64,000 nt of DNA from Eledone cirrhosa (GCA_964016885.1 OZ024743.1:238452001-238516000), one strand, 5' to 3'; shown: positions 29,645 to 43,509, numbered from the stretch's first letter. Notes: generated by a model from the letters alone, not told the origin. Numbers and translations are program-made.

Positions 29645-31110
29645 TACGGCTTAGTGCTTAAGGTATTCGGCCGATGATTTTAACGTCGGGAGTTCGAGTT
29701 CTGCTGTGTCCTTAAGCAAGACTCTTCATTTTCCGTTGCTCCACTCCTCTCTGCGGGCAATAATTGTTTCTGATTTAGGCACAAGGCCAACAATTAAATC
29801 GACCCCAGTGTGTTGCTGGTACTTTATTTTATCGACTCCGCAAGGAAGAACGGCAAAACTAACCTCGGCGGGATTTTTACCCAGAAAGTAAAAGGAGGTA
29901 ACTCTATGCTGGAAAGCATGGTGTCCGACGTTCTACCGTAACTACCAAATAATGAGCTCTTCCAGGAATTCCAAGCCACTGAGGATCATTAAAGAGACTT
30001 AGAAAGCCTTCCATACGTCAAAGATATGTTGTTATACCAATATAGTTGGTTGAGTTAGTAGATATTAGATCGTCGAATAGAAAGCTTAGTGATATTTGTT
30101 CTGCCTCTCGACGATCAAATCCCACCAAGGTAATCTTAGCTGTTCATCCTTTCGAGGTCGAGAAAGAAACTACAAAATGAGGGTTTTCACAGTTGTCTCT
30201 TTCTTTCTAAATGCTAAATTCTGGTGAAGTAGGAGAGGTTGTAGAAGATTTTCGTGTCTACATTAGCCGATAAAATCATTAAGTAATGCATGGTAGATGT
30301 TACCAAGTCATCCCCGATAATGAGTGGTGGCTGAAATTATTTATACCAATGCAAGAAAAGATTCTTAGCCAAATAGAAATGTAAGAAATCAACCTATAGA
30401 TATATCTTTTCATTATTTAAAACTGAATGAGTGTGTCGGATTGGCAGTATTGGCAGTATCAGTAGAGCGACGGACATCACTCTTCGTAGCGTAGTGACGT
30501 CCCTCCTTTACGCTCTGAGTTCAAATCCCGCCGAGGTTAGCTTTGCCTTTCATCCTTACGGGGTCGATAAAATAAAAGACCAGTAACGCACTGGGGTCGA
30601 TTTAATCAACTTGCCCAAAATTCTTGTGCCTAAATCAGAAACGATTATCTAAATACTGAGGGGTGGTGGATTGGCAGTCGATAGAGAGTCGGTCAAAATT
30701 CTTTGGGGAGATAATTGAGCCTTTCATCCTTCTCGGATCAATAACATAAAGCAACAGTTATATACTGACGTTGAAATAAGCGACTTTACCTTCCTTCCAA
30801 ATATCTGACCATGTGTCTAAATTAGAGATCATCCGAGGTTAACTTTGCCTTTCATCTTTACGGAGTCGATAAATAAAGCACCAGTAACGTACTGGTGCTA
30901 TTTAATCGACTTTTCCTTCCCCCCAAATTACTGGCCTTGTGCCTATACTAGAAATCATTATTTAATGCAGCATAGTTATGGCCCTTTATATTCTGAGTTC
31001 AAATCCCACTGAGATTAACTTTGCCTTTCAACCTTACGTGGTCGATAAAATAAAGTACCAGTAATGCACTGTGATAATTGCTGGCCTTGTGCCAAAAGTA
31101 GAAACAATTA
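29645..31110. mobile_element. SINE cluster: CORE-like head 29645-29755 (+), family A 29760-29948 (-), tandem family A copies 30438-31110 (+)
   Basis: Repeated GAGTTCAAATCCC.CCGAGGTTAACTTTGCCTTTCATCCTTACGGGGTCGATAAAATAAAGTACCAG. Confidence 0.8.
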
Positions 31111-31554
31111 TTTAATTTCTGAGAACTCAGATCGATGTTGTTTTCTTTCCACACACACACACACAATTATGCACATACATATACCCGCATGAACACACAT
31201 ACACACACGTACCCGCATTCACTTCTACATACCCCACGCGCGCATACACACACACACACACACTCGCGCACTTACATACATACAAGATTGACAAAACAAT
31301 TGTTGATGTTCTTGATATGATTGATGTTGTTGGTGTTGTTGTAATGGAGTTGTTGGTGTTAGTGTTAGTGGTGGCGGTGGTGGAGGTAATGGTGATTGAT
31401 ATCGGTGGTGTGATTGATATTATTTGTGTTATTGGTAGCGGTGGTGGCAGCATTGTTGTTGTTGTTAATAAGGATGTATGCAGTGTTGGTGGTGGTGGCG
31501 GCATTGCTATTGATGTTGGCGGCGATGTTGTGGGTTGTGATGGTGTCGATGATC

Positions 31555-32880
31555 GTGATGCTGGTGGAGGTGGTAATGGTGTTGGTGGCGGTGTTGTCGC
31601 TTTGTTGATGATGGTGATGTTGGTGGTAGTGGTAATGGTGTTGGTGGCGGTGTTGTCGCTTTGTTGATGATGGTGGTAGTGGTAATGGTGTTGGTGGCGG
31701 TGTTGTCGCTTTGCTGATGATGGTGATGTTGATGGTAGTGGTAATGGTGTTGGTGGCGGTGTTGTCGCTTTGTTGATGATGGTGATGTTGGTGGTAGTGG
31801 TAATGGTGTTGGTGGCGGTGTTGTCGCTTTGTCGATGATGGTGATGTTGGTGGTAGTGGTAATGGTGTTGGTGGCGGTGTTGTCGCTTTGTTGATGATGG
31901 TGATGTTGATGGTAGTGGTAATGGTGTTGGTGGCGGTGTTGTCGCTTTGTTGATGATGGTGATGTTGATGGTAGTGGTAATGGTGTTGGTGGCGGTGTTG
32001 TCGCTTTGTTGATGATGGTGATGTTGGTGGTAGTGGTAATGGTGTTGGTGGTGGTGTTGTCGCTTTGTCGATGATGGTGATGTTGGTGGTAGTGGTAATG
32101 GTGTTGGTGGCGGTGTTGTCGCTTTGTTGATGATGGTGATGTTGGTGGTAGTGGCAATGGTGTTGGTGGCGGTGTTGTCACTTTGTCGATGATGTTGATG
32201 TTGGTGGTAGTGGTAATGGTGTTGGTGGCGGTGTTGTCACTTTGTCGATGATGGTGATGTTGGTGGTAGTGGTAATGGTGTTGGTGGCGGTGTTGTCGCT
32301 TTGTCGATGATGGTGATGTTGGTGCTAGTGGTAATGGTGTTGGTGGCGGTGTTGTCGCTTTGTTGATGATGGTGATGTTGGTGGTAGTGGTAATGGTGTT
32401 GGTGGTGGTGTTGTCGCTTTGTCGATGATGGTGATGTTGGTGGTAGTGGTAATGGTGTTGGTGGTGGTGTTGTCGCTTTGTTGATGATGGTGATGTTGGT
32501 GGTAGTGGTAATGGTGTTGGTGGCGGTGTTGTCGTTTTGTTGATGATGGTGATGTTGGTGGTAGTGGTAATGGTGTTGGTGGTGGTGTTGTCGCTTTGCT
32601 GATGATGTTGATGTTGGTGGTAGTGGCAATGGTGTTGGTGGCGGTGTTGTCGCTTTGTCGATGATGGTGATGTTGGTGGTAGTGGTAATGGTGTTGGCGG
32701 CGGTGTTGTCGTTTTGTCGATGATGGTGATGTTGGTGGTAGTGGTAATGGTGTTGGCGGCGGTGTTGTCGTTTTGTTGATGATGGTGATGTTGGTGGTAG
32801 TGGTAATGGTGTTAGTGGCGGTGTTGTCGCTTTGTCGATGATGGTGATGTTGGTGGTAGTGGTAATGGTGTTGGCGGCGA
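31555..32880. repeat. 59-bp minisatellite, about 22 copies
   Basis: Unit GGTGATGTTGGTGGTAGTGGTAATGGTGTTGGTGGCGGTGTTGTCGCTTTGTTGATGAT, period 59 (31781 to 31840). Confidence 0.95.
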
Positions 32881-33149
32881 TGTTTTTGGTGGCATTGGTA
32901 TTTGGCGTGGGTGGTATCGGTGGTAATAGTGATGGCAGTGATGATGGTGCTGGTGGTGATGGCGTTGGCGGCGATATTGTTAGTGCTGGTGTTGGTGTGG
33001 TGATGGTGACGGTGTGTTGGAGGTGATGTATGCGGTGGTGATGATTGAGGTCGTGGTGGTGATGACAGTGATCTTGTTGTTTTTAGTGGTGGTTGTAATG
33101 GTATGGTGATGCTATTGGTGGTGATGGTATTGATGGTGATATTGTCGGT

Positions 33150-34185
33150 GGTGATTGATGGTATCGTGGTGATGGCGGTAATGTTGGTAATGGTGGTGCT
33201 GTTGTTATGGGATGGTATGGTGGTGGTGATGGCGGTAATGTCGGTAATGGTGGTGGTGTTGTTATGGGATGGTATGGTGGTGGTGATGGCGGTAATGTCG
33301 GTAATGGTGGTGGTGTTGTTATGGGGATGGTATGGTGGTGGTGATGGCGCTAACGTTGGTAGTGGTGGTGGTGGTGTTATGGGGATGGTATGGTGGTGGT
33401 GACGGCGGTAATGTTGGTAGTGATGGTGGTGTTGTTATGGGGATGGTATGGTGGTGGTGACGGCGGTAATGTTGGTAGTGATGGTGGTTTTGTTATAGGA
33501 TGGTATGGTGGTGGTGATGGCGGTGATGTTGTTAGTGATGGTGGTGTTGTTATGGGATGGTATGGTGGTGGTGTTGTTTTGGGGATGGTATGGTGGTGGT
33601 GATGGCGGTGATGTTGTTAGTGTTGGTGTTGTTATGGGGATGGTATGGTGGTGGTGATGGCGGTAATGTTGGTAGTGGTGGTGGTGGTGTTATGGGGATG
33701 GTATGGTGGTGGTGACGGCGGTAATGTTGGTAGTGATGGTGGTGTTGTTATGGGATGGTATGGTGGTGGTGATGGCGGTGATATTGTTAGTGATGGTGGT
33801 GTTATGGGATGGTATGTTGGTGGTGTTGTTTTGGGGATGGTATGGTGGTGGTGATGGCGGTGATGTTGTTAGTGTTGGTGTTGTTATGAGGATGGTATGA
33901 TGTTGGTGATGGCGGTGATATTGGTAGTGGTGGTGGTGGTGTTATGGGGCTGGTATGGTGGTAGTGATTGCGGTGATGTTGTTAGTGGTGGTGATGTTGT
34001 TTTGGGGAATGTATCGGTTATGATATTGTTGTTGCTGATGATGGTATAGTGGTGGTGATGGCGGTGATGTTGTTAGTGGTGGTGATGTTGATAGTAGTGG
34101 TGGTGGTGCTGCTATGGGGATGGTATGGTGGTGGTGATGACGGTAATATTGGTAGTGGAGGTGGTGGTGTTATGGGGATGGTATC
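33150..34185. repeat. Second GT-rich minisatellite (~55-60-bp units anchored on ATGGGGATGGTATGGTGG)
   Basis: Direct inspection. Confidence 0.9.
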
Positions 34186-34479
34186 TGTGGTGATAGTATT
34201 GATGGTAATGGCAGTGATATTGTTGTTAGTGGTGGCGATGGTGGTAAGATTGATTGATGTTGTTGGTGTAGAGCTGTTCAGGTGGAGCAGCACAATAAAT
34301 GGACACACGGCTACCAGAGATGTCTTTGACAGGTGGGGGCCTGTCTCAACATCCTAATCAATCAATCATAAAGTTTTAATCGATTAATATAGAAGAGAAA
34401 AACAAAATATTCAAAGAAAATACACACGGAGAAGGAAAGAGATGTCAGGGCGAGTGAAGAGCAAGAGAAGCGTGGAATC

Positions 34480-34531
<52 letters not shown>

Positions 34532-35149
34532 ACTGTTTAAGTAGATCGGAGGTGGTAGATGATAAGGAACAAATCATCATCATCCATCTTCTTCTTCTTC
34601 TTCTTCTTCTTCTTCTTCTTCTTCTTCTTCTTCTTCTTCTTCTTCTTCTTCTTCTTCTTCTTCTTCTTCTTCTTCTTCTTCTTCTTCTTCTTCTTGTTTT
34701 GTTCGTTAGCTTGTTGACATGTATTGCACACCGTTCCTGTAAGTTTGTTATCATTGCTATTGTTACACAGTTATATATTGAGCACTTGTTACCGATTTAT
34801 AGATAAATTAGCCTGGACCTTAGGGAGCTGATTAATTTTCTCCATATGTTGCCCTTAGGGGCTAAACTGGGGTTTATTTAGAAAATACGCTGTTCCAATT
34901 TCTTTGAAAAATGAAAGGCCGGTTATCCGCAGAACAGAACAGCGACATTGTAAAAATCAGTGACAGAAGCAGCGGCAACAGCAGCAACAACAACAACAAC
35001 ACACCAGCACCACCACCACCACTACCAACAGCAGCAGCACCAAAAGCAACATCACTATGACAAAAACAAAAAATACAACAGAAACAAACCATACAAACAA
35101 TGAAGACAACAGTAGCAGCAATAACAACAACATAAATAACAACATTAAT

Positions 35150-35356
35150 AATGGTTTCTCTTTTATGCAGAAGGCCGACAATTTGGGGGAGGAGAAAGTC
35201 GATTAAATCAAGCGCAGTGCATGACTGGTACTTTATTTTATCCAGACCGTTGGCAAAGCTAAACTCGGCGAAATTTGAATTCAGAACTTAAAGAGACGAA
35301 AGTATATGCCACAAAGCATGTTGTCCGACGTTCTACCGCTATTTCCAATCCACCGT
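35150..35356 (-). mobile_element. tRNA-derived SINE family A
   Basis: Degenerate reverse-complement match to the consensus. Confidence 0.75.
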
Positions 35357-35792
35357 CATAACATCAACAATAATAATAAAAATTAGCAACAACAACAACA
35401 TTACATTCGTAGCCACGGCTGCAAAGGCAGCTGAATTATTCACTATAGATATACAAAAAAACAAAAAAAAAACGCATGACATGAGCCGAAATAACCGTCC
35501 CGCTCGAGGTGTTGAAAAAAATAGAAAGGACTCTGATCTACAGAATAATTTCTATAAAATCCAGGCGGCCAGAAATGGCATCACAACGTGAGTGCAAAAG
35601 AGCATTGAAAGGCATTATATGCTCGATGCAAGGCAATACGCAGGCATTTCAGTGATCTTCAAAACACACAAATAAACAATATATTAGAGCTGCACAGAGC
35701 AGAATGGCTCCACGCATGCGCAAACCAGACACTTGGACCAGTTAGGAAAGAACCTATTGATAGTTTTTGTTTTGCATTATTTTTGTTTTTGC

Positions 35793-36818
35793 GCGCTGAA
35801 TTGGCAGTATCGGTAGAGGATCGGACGCCATGCTTGGAGCATAGTTACGTCCCTTTACGTTCTGAGTTCCAATTTCGCCAAGGTTTACTTTGCCTTTCAT
35901 ATTACGGGGTCGATAAAATAAAGTACCAGTCACTTACTGGGATAATTACTGGCTTTGTGCCAAAAGTAGAAACAATTATTTTTGTTTTTGCATTTGAATA
36001 GAGTTTGTTAACCTTGAAATATAACGCCGAAATTTACTGGGAAGAAAAAACATTACTTGTTTTGTTTTATTTGTTATCCTTTGCCCTTTATATATTCCTA
36101 CCGCATTGTACCGGCTTTCTGAAATACCAGTCCTTTATTGAATATCTCACAATGCCTCATAATAACTATTATTATTATTATCATGCCATGCTTTCCAGCA
36201 TAGTTACGTCCCTTTACGATCTGAGTTCAAATCCCGCCGAGGTTGACTTTGCCTTTCATCCTTACGGGGTCGATAAAATAAAGTACCAGTAATGCACTGG
36301 TTAATTGCTGGCCTTGTGCCTAAAGTAGAAACAATTATTATTATCATTATTATTACTAGAGCGGTGAATTGGCAGTATCGGTAGAGAGTCAGACACCATG
36401 CTTTGCAGCATAGAGTTATGGGCCTTTATGATCTGAGTTCAAATCCCGCCGAGGTTAACTTTGCCTTTCATCCTTACGGGGTCGATAAAATAAAGTACCA
36501 GTCACGCACTGGGGTCGATTTAATCGACTTTCTCCTCCCCCCAAATTGCTGGCCTTGTGCCTATACTAGAAACCATTATTATTATCATTATTATTATTAG
36601 GGCGTTGAATTGGCAGTATCGGTAGAGAGTCGGACACCATGCTTTGTAGCATAGAGTTACGGTCCTTTACGGTCTGAGTTCAAATCCTGCTGAGGTTAAC
36701 TTTGCCTTTCATCCTTACTGAGTCGATAAAATAAAGCACCAGTAACGTACTGGGGTCGATTTAATCGACTTCCCCTCCCCCCAAATTACTGGCCTTGTGC
36801 CTATACTAAAAATCATTA
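35793..36818 (+). mobile_element. Four co-oriented family A SINEs (35793-35980, 36183-36336, 36358-36576, 36598-36818)
   Basis: A box TGGCAGTATCGG, B box GAGTTCAAATCC, Deu/Nin-like core TTTGCCTTTCATCCTTACGGGGTCGATAAAATAAAGTACCAG, and (ATT)n tails. Confidence 0.9.
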
Positions 36819-37314
36819 TTTTCATTATTATTTTTATTATTCCGAACCCCTATCCATAATATCAAAGGGAAAGATCCCGTGAGGTGGAGTGGGTGGTATA
36901 GTGGGTGTCATCGGCTGTTTTTCGTAGCAATGCTGTTGCCATTCAGCCGGCAGGCCTCAACTGTGATATACCTCCCAGATTGGATTGTATAGTTTGTCAC
37001 ACCCTCTCCCTTCCACTTACTTTTATTATTTAAATATTAAATTATCTTCTACTAGAGTATTGGTGGTACTACAAAATTTGTTGTTTAGCTTTATTTAACT
37101 CCGACCGAGAAAGACTATGATCTAAAACATTCAAACCATAATCACCTCACCTTTATTTCAAGCACAGAGAAATCAAGGATTAAATTATCTTCTACAAAGG
37201 TATTGATGATAATACAAAAGCCCTAAGGGAATTCAACGTTTTTCGCATAACTCTTTGTCAATGTGAGGTTTAACATTAGGTAGACATTACATGTTTACTG
37301 AAGTAATTATTAGT

Positions 37315-37822
37315 GGTAAAGGGTAAAGACCCCCTTCGGGCACGAATGACCATGTGGTTTGCACTTAGAAAGTTTCCTTCAGAGATACAAGTCCGGGCAA
37401 GGTGTTTTCGTGGAAGACCAGCAGTTGCCCATACATACCAGCCTTCCCCCTCCATGCCACCGATGCTGTCCAAAGGAAAGGCAAAAGCTGATACATCTTG
37501 GCACCAGTGACGCCGCAAATCATACAGAATCGGTAGAGGGTCTGACGCCATGCTTTGCAGCAAAGGGTTACGGCCCTTGCCATTCTGAGTTCAAATCCCA
37601 CCGAGGTTAACTTTGCCTTTCATCCTTACGGAGTCGATGAAATAAAGTACCAGTAATACACTGGGATAATTGCTGGCCTTGTGCCAAAAGCAGAAACAAT
37701 TATTACAGCTGAGCAAACTGGAGCAAAATAAAGTGTTTTGCTCAAGAACACAACGATCCTGGAATCGAATTCACAACCTCACGATTGTGAATCCGACGCG
37801 TTAACCACTAAGCTACGCACCT
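37315..37822 (-). mobile_element. SINE family B (tRNA head + CORE-like domain) interrupted by a family A SINE at 37526-37703 (+)
   Basis: The head at 37705-37822 (GTTCTTGAGCAAAACACTT on minus) and the body at 37315-37522 flank the inserted copy. Confidence 0.7.
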
Positions 37823-38195
37823 TCTGTCTATTAGTGGTAGCGTTAAGAAAAAAATAAAAAGAATAAGGGTTAAATAAAGACCGAATCTAGGCTTGAGATT
37901 TAGCTTATTGGGCGTTTAACTATTTCTATATTCTTTAGGCATTCACGTACAACTCCGAATATAGTTTTACCATCCTATGTAACAACTGGTAATGGTACTT
38001 ATGTGAAATTTAGAATTCCATGATACTTAATTTTCAAAATAACATATTCACTAAACCAAAATTAAATATAACATTCCTCATTTGTACATCTGCAATAAAT
38101 ACATGTTATCATTAACAATAATACTTTTAACTATCATTTGATGTTATCCACAGTGATAAAAGTATATTACTATCACTATCTTATTAATAATATTG

Positions 38196-38520
38196 CGGTG
38201 GAGCCCGTGACAGTGGTGAGGTCTTGTGTCCTTGACCCCAGGGCGACCTCCTTACTCACTACCATCGGCACAGTGTTGGCTACCCGCATGTGTGAGCCTT
38301 GCGAGCTGGAATGGCTCTTCCAGCACGTTTCCCTCACCATCCTCCAGGGAAACACCTTCTCTATTCTATCTGCCGGCGACCAGCGCGTGGGTCCCCATTT
38401 GTTCACAATAGTGAGAGATGGGGAGAACGGGAGAGAAGGAGTCAGTGACAGTAGAAGTTTGGTTCTTTTGTGTCCGGACCTGGTGTATATATGTGTATAT
38501 AAGAGTGAAAGTAACAATGA
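38196..38520 (+). mobile_element. 3' remnant of a CRE-like RLE retrotransposon
   Basis: P..V..CVLDPRA..LL..IG..LA..EP.ELEWLFQHVSL.I.QGN.FSIL resembles the WLFQR.S...QRGNA C-terminus of CRE-type RLEs. Confidence 0.6.
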
Positions 38521-38669
38521 TGTATTGAAACTCATCAGCTTTTCAGGGATTCCAAAATTTGTGAGAGACGGAGGAAGAAAGTATCGTCTAGTTAGAGATA
38601 AGATTTGAATCCTTGCAACAGACCGGAATCTCTTAAAGATAGCCATTGTCCTAGTGATGGTATTAAAAG

Positions 38670-39215
38670 CTTCTTCTTCTTCTTCTTCTTCTTCTTCTTC
38701 TTCTTCTTCTTCTTCTTCTTCTTCTTCTTCTTCTTCTTCTTCTTCTTCTTCTTCTTCCCTCACTTATTTCTGAGAGGGTCACCAGGGAAGACTCCTCAAA
38801 CACACCTTCCAGTGTCCTATCAGAAGCAACCGTCTCCTCTTGATCTGGATGTATCCTCAAGCAAGTCGAACCAAACTCATGGATGTTACCCAGGCATCTT
38901 GCTCCTAGTATGCATCTGGGTCTCTTGCCAATTGGTTTTTCCCGTAAAGTATGTCCAGCGACACATTTCTTAGGTATTCTAAGCACAGGTTCACAGTATC
39001 GGAACTTTGATCTTTCGACGCGGAAAAATAGCGACTCTTACTGGAGGAACTCCATGATCTCCAAGCTACACAGCTTATTGAGTAACGTTATTTCAAAAAC
39101 TATTTGGAGGTGTCCTATTCTGATCGTTTGTATTCATCATCGTATTCTTTCGGTGAGTTCCCAAGATTCATGACCAAAGGTAAGAGTCGACATGAACACC
39201 AATGTCCGTGGTGTT
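38670..39215 (-). mobile_element. Degenerate 3' end of an RTE-clade (Rex3/Expander-like) LINE with a (GAA)n tail
   Basis: LRIP..A..L..KPIGKRPR...AR..I..LRI.P..E.VA.DR, followed by (GAA)n at 38670-38757. Confidence 0.65.
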
Positions 39216-39242
39216 ACCGCTATTATTATTATGCTGCTACCA

Positions 39243-39458
39243 AGGGCGGTGGGTTGGCAGTATCGGTAGAGGGTCGGACGCCATGCCTTGCAGCATTGAG
39301 TTACGGCCTTTTATGATCTGAGCTCAAATCCCACCGAGGTTAACTTTGCCTTTCATCCTTACGGGGTCGATAAAATAAAGTACCAGTCACGCACTGTGGT
39401 CGATTTAATCGACTTTCCCCTCCCCAAAATTGTTGGCTTGTGTCTATATAAGAAACAT
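39243..39458 (+). mobile_element. tRNA-derived SINE family A
   Basis: Full-length match to the consensus. Confidence 0.9.
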
Positions 39459-40172
39459 TTATTTATGCTGCTGCCGTTGTTGTTACTATTTTTGTTATTT
39501 AACTAATGCTATAATTGCTTCTCTTATAATGCTATAATGGCTCCTGGAATTAATGGCCTTTAATATTGATAGTTTCGTTGTTTATGTTGAAGTAAATTTG
39601 TAAGGTTATTATTGTGGTTGTATGGATGGGTACGGTTGTTGTTGTTACTGTTTAATTGTTTTAAATTCTCTTCCTATTTACAAACCTGCGGTTGCTTTTG
39701 CTTATTGTATTTTTTCTCTTGTGAGTTTTTTTTTTTATCAAACTAATGCATTTTCAAACGTACAGTTAATATTTTTGTGGTTGCTGTTATTCTCTTTGCG
39801 TTTTTTATTGTCGATATTGTTGTTGATATTGCTATTGTTTTAATATTAGACAATCTGTGTATAGTTGAAGTTTTACGGCTACTCCCACTCTCGTCGGTTT
39901 TGCTGTTGCTTTGTCGGTTGCTGTTGGTCTTAATTATTGTTTTGAAATCTAAGCACTACTAACACCTTTGATGGTGGCGATGTGAGGTGGTGTCGGTGTT
40001 GGTAATGAGGGTGTGGTTGACGACGATGATGGTAGTGGAGAAGTGAGAAAGAACGATTGAGAGATTGATAGAAATTAGTACGAAGAATGAAAAAGAGAAA
40101 ATGAACGAAAGACAGAGAAGTAGAATCAATTAGTTATATCCCAGTTGCCAACACCGTACTTAGTATTAGCCG

Positions 40173-40188
40173 CCAGCAGATGGCGCTA
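40173..40188 (+). promoter_or_regulatory. Consensus CTCF-type binding motif
   Basis: CCAGCAGATGGCGCTA matches CCASYAGRKGGCRS exactly and lies in unique AT-rich sequence. Confidence 0.5.
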
Positions 40189-40869
40189 GTGACTTAAAAC
40201 TAAACAAAGAATATAAAACAAACTAAATCTTATTGCAACAAATATAAAATAATAAAGAAACATAAAAAAACATCACTCAACAACAATTATAACAACAAAT
40301 AAGTCAAATAGTAAAACAATAACAACAACAACAAATATAACAACATAACAATATAGTAATAAATATATAACAACAACATATATAGCAAATATAAAACTAT
40401 AGTAATAACAATAACTACAATATCAACAACAGATGGTAGCCTTAGGCCATTTTTTTCTTTTTACCTTTTACACTATTGAGGTAGTTATTTTATTTTCACT
40501 TCGGTTTTATGCTTTTGGCGCCTATCTTTCATAGAACCCGGCTATTTGTGCACATTTTCGAACATTTAAGATGGCTGCCGTGAAAATTATAAAAATACAT
40601 ATGAAAATTAAAAAGATATTATACGACAATTAAAGGTTTGGAGGGGTGAGTATAGAGGTAAAAACCAAATTAAAAAGAAAAAAAGTAGCAAAGTATTGGT
40701 CCTTTATTTGAAGGGTGTTAATAATTCGGGTTTCAGACTGATAAAGGCATTTTTGTTCTTAAAATTTTCAGCCGTTGACGACAGGAGGTGTGTGAAGCGA
40801 TGGTGGTGGGGAATATACATCGATCCGTTTCCTCAGTAGTGTATAGATGGTGTTGGCGAAACATTGGGA

Positions 40870-40949
<80 letters not shown>

Positions 40950-41205
40950 TTATTGAAACAATAGTGATAGAAGTTTTAGTTAAATTAGTATCGGTATTAG
41001 TAAGAATAATAAAAATGATAATGCAATAGTCGTAGTTGTATTAGTAGCTTTAGTAGTAGCAGAGATGGTAGTAGCACAATAGTAGGAATAGTAGCAGAAG
41101 TATTAGTAGTAGTAGTAGCAGTAATAGTAGCAGTAGTGGTAGTAGCAGTAATAGTAGTAGTAGTAGCAGTTATAGTAGTAACAGTAGTAGAAGCAGCAGA
41201 AGCGC

Positions 41206-41271
<66 letters not shown>

Positions 41272-41284
41272 GGTGGTGGTGGTG

Positions 41285-41325
<41 letters not shown>

Positions 41326-41329
41326 GGTG

Positions 41330-41393
<64 letters not shown>

Positions 41394-41777
41394 ATGATGA
41401 TGGTGTTGGTAATGGTGATGATGGTGATGGTGAAGGTGTTGATGATGGTGATGATGATTGTGATGATATCGGTGGTGCTGAGGATGGTGATGGTATGAAT
41501 ATGGTGATGATGTTGATGATGGTAATGATAATGGTGTTGGTAATGGTGATGATGGTGATGGTGATGTAATGAGGATGGTGATGATCACTGTGAAGGTAGC
41601 ATGAGGACGGTGATGGGGATGATGGTAATGAGGTTGATGATGGTGATGATGATGGTAATGATAATGTTGTTGGTGATGCTAATGATGGTGATGCTGATGG
41701 TGATGATGGTGATTATAATGTTGTTGGTGATGGTGATGAGGGTGATATAATGAAGATGGTGATGGTGATAATGAAGG

Positions 41778-41836
<59 letters not shown>

Positions 41837-41837
41837 C
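40870..41837. repeat. Compound trinucleotide microsatellites (TAG)n, (TGG)n, (GAT)n
   Basis: Direct inspection. Confidence 0.95.
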
Positions 41838-42262
41838 TGAAAATGATATCTTACCACAAATATGGGAAAGTCCGCATACAGACACTTACATACACTCACA
41901 TGCACTCAAATGCACACACACACATACACACAAACACAGGTACGCGTACACACACACACACACTCAAACATACACACAAACATAAGCACACATGCACACG
42001 TATACACTCACATAATAAAATACAAATTTTATTTTTTGAAATTAAAACAACCACAACAACAAAAGATAATGGTAGCTGTGGTGGTAGTAATTATAGTCGC
42101 TGCCTGGTAGATGGTGAAAGTGGGCGTGGCAGGGTGTGGCTGGCTGTGACAGTGTGGGGCAGAGAGGGATGGGTGGAGCTTGCAGTGTAGGGCAACGGTG
42201 TCGTTAGTGGAGAAGCTGACATTTTTTGAAATTCTAGACGATGTCTGAATGAAGAAACCAAG

Positions 42263-42315
<53 letters not shown>

Positions 42316-42339
42316 ATCTCCCTCTCTCTCTCTTTCTCA

Positions 42340-42371
<32 letters not shown>

Positions 42372-42984
42372 TATATATATATATATCTTTCCCCCTCTCT
42401 CTCATAGACCCACACACACACAAGCAGACACACACATATGTAAGTATGTATGTATGTATGTATGTATGTATGTATGTATGTATGTATGTATGTGTATATA
42501 TATATATATATATATACACACAGACATATACACGCACATACACATACATGCACATTCCCACATACACACACTTATTGTCACATACATACCATGCATACAC
42601 ACTGACACACACACACATATACATACACGCATGTACTCAAAATCACACAAACACGTACACATATATAAACACATACACACTCAAATACATATGCATACAT
42701 ACGTACACAGACACTCCCAGACAGACACAAACAGACACACACATAAATATACAAACACACAAACAGACACACAGAAGTAAGAAGTCGTGACAAAAAAAAA
42801 GTTAGCATTGTTGAGCTAGCTGCTTATGATATCTTAGTTATAACATATTAATTATCATATACAGTAATATATTATGATATCTTGGACCTTTATATACTAA
42901 GTTACATAGCTAACATCTTAGTATGACATCTAAGAATATAGGCATAGTTCTAAAGTCTAAAGTCTGTATTAAAACAGAAGGCTC

Positions 42985-43215
42985 ATTTGGCCGGTGCTTA
43001 TCCCGGTTTCATGGCGTGAAGCGACTGAGCGTACAAGACTCCCCCCATGGATAGGACGCCAGTCCATCGCAGGGTATTACTGGTACGCATTTTCAGCTGA
43101 GTATACTGGAGCAACGGGAAATGAAGCGTTTTGCTCAAGAACCAAACATGCAACCCAGGAATCGAACCCACGACATTATGATCGTAAGCCAAACACCCTT
43201 AACACGTGCCTCCAC
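42985..43215 (-). mobile_element. SINE family C: tRNA head, CORE-like segment and V-domain-like segment
   Basis: Minus strand reads GGTTCGATTCC (B box), TTCTTGAGCAAAACGCTTCAT, then CCTGCGATGGACTGGCGTCCTATCCA..GAAACCGGGATAAGC.CCGGCC. Confidence 0.7.
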
Positions 43216-43509
43216 ATAGGCATAGTTCAAACATCTTAATATATATATACTTGGATATGAAGGAGAGTGGTTCAGTTGTTAGAGAATTAGGCTTGCAACT
43301 GTAACGTCATCAGTCAGATGCTCGGAATAAGGAAAGGAAAAAACAAAACAAAAACAAAAACAAATGAAAAGAAAATAAGTCAAGAAGGTAATAAAATAAG
43401 AGGGAGAGATAGCTGTATCTAGTTATTTAGATAGATAATGACAGATTATATACAGAGAGCATATATGTTTATAGGTAAGAATATATATATATGAAAACAC
43501 ACAGCGAAG

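Noticed and set aside
31555-32880. Regular array resembling a CRISPR array or a repeat-protein gene
   Set aside because: It has no unique spacers and no cas genes. The 59-bp period is not a multiple of 3, and the context is eukaryotic.
36358-36460. tRNA genes
   Set aside because: The A/B boxes belong to multi-copy SINE heads, with no complete cloverleaf.
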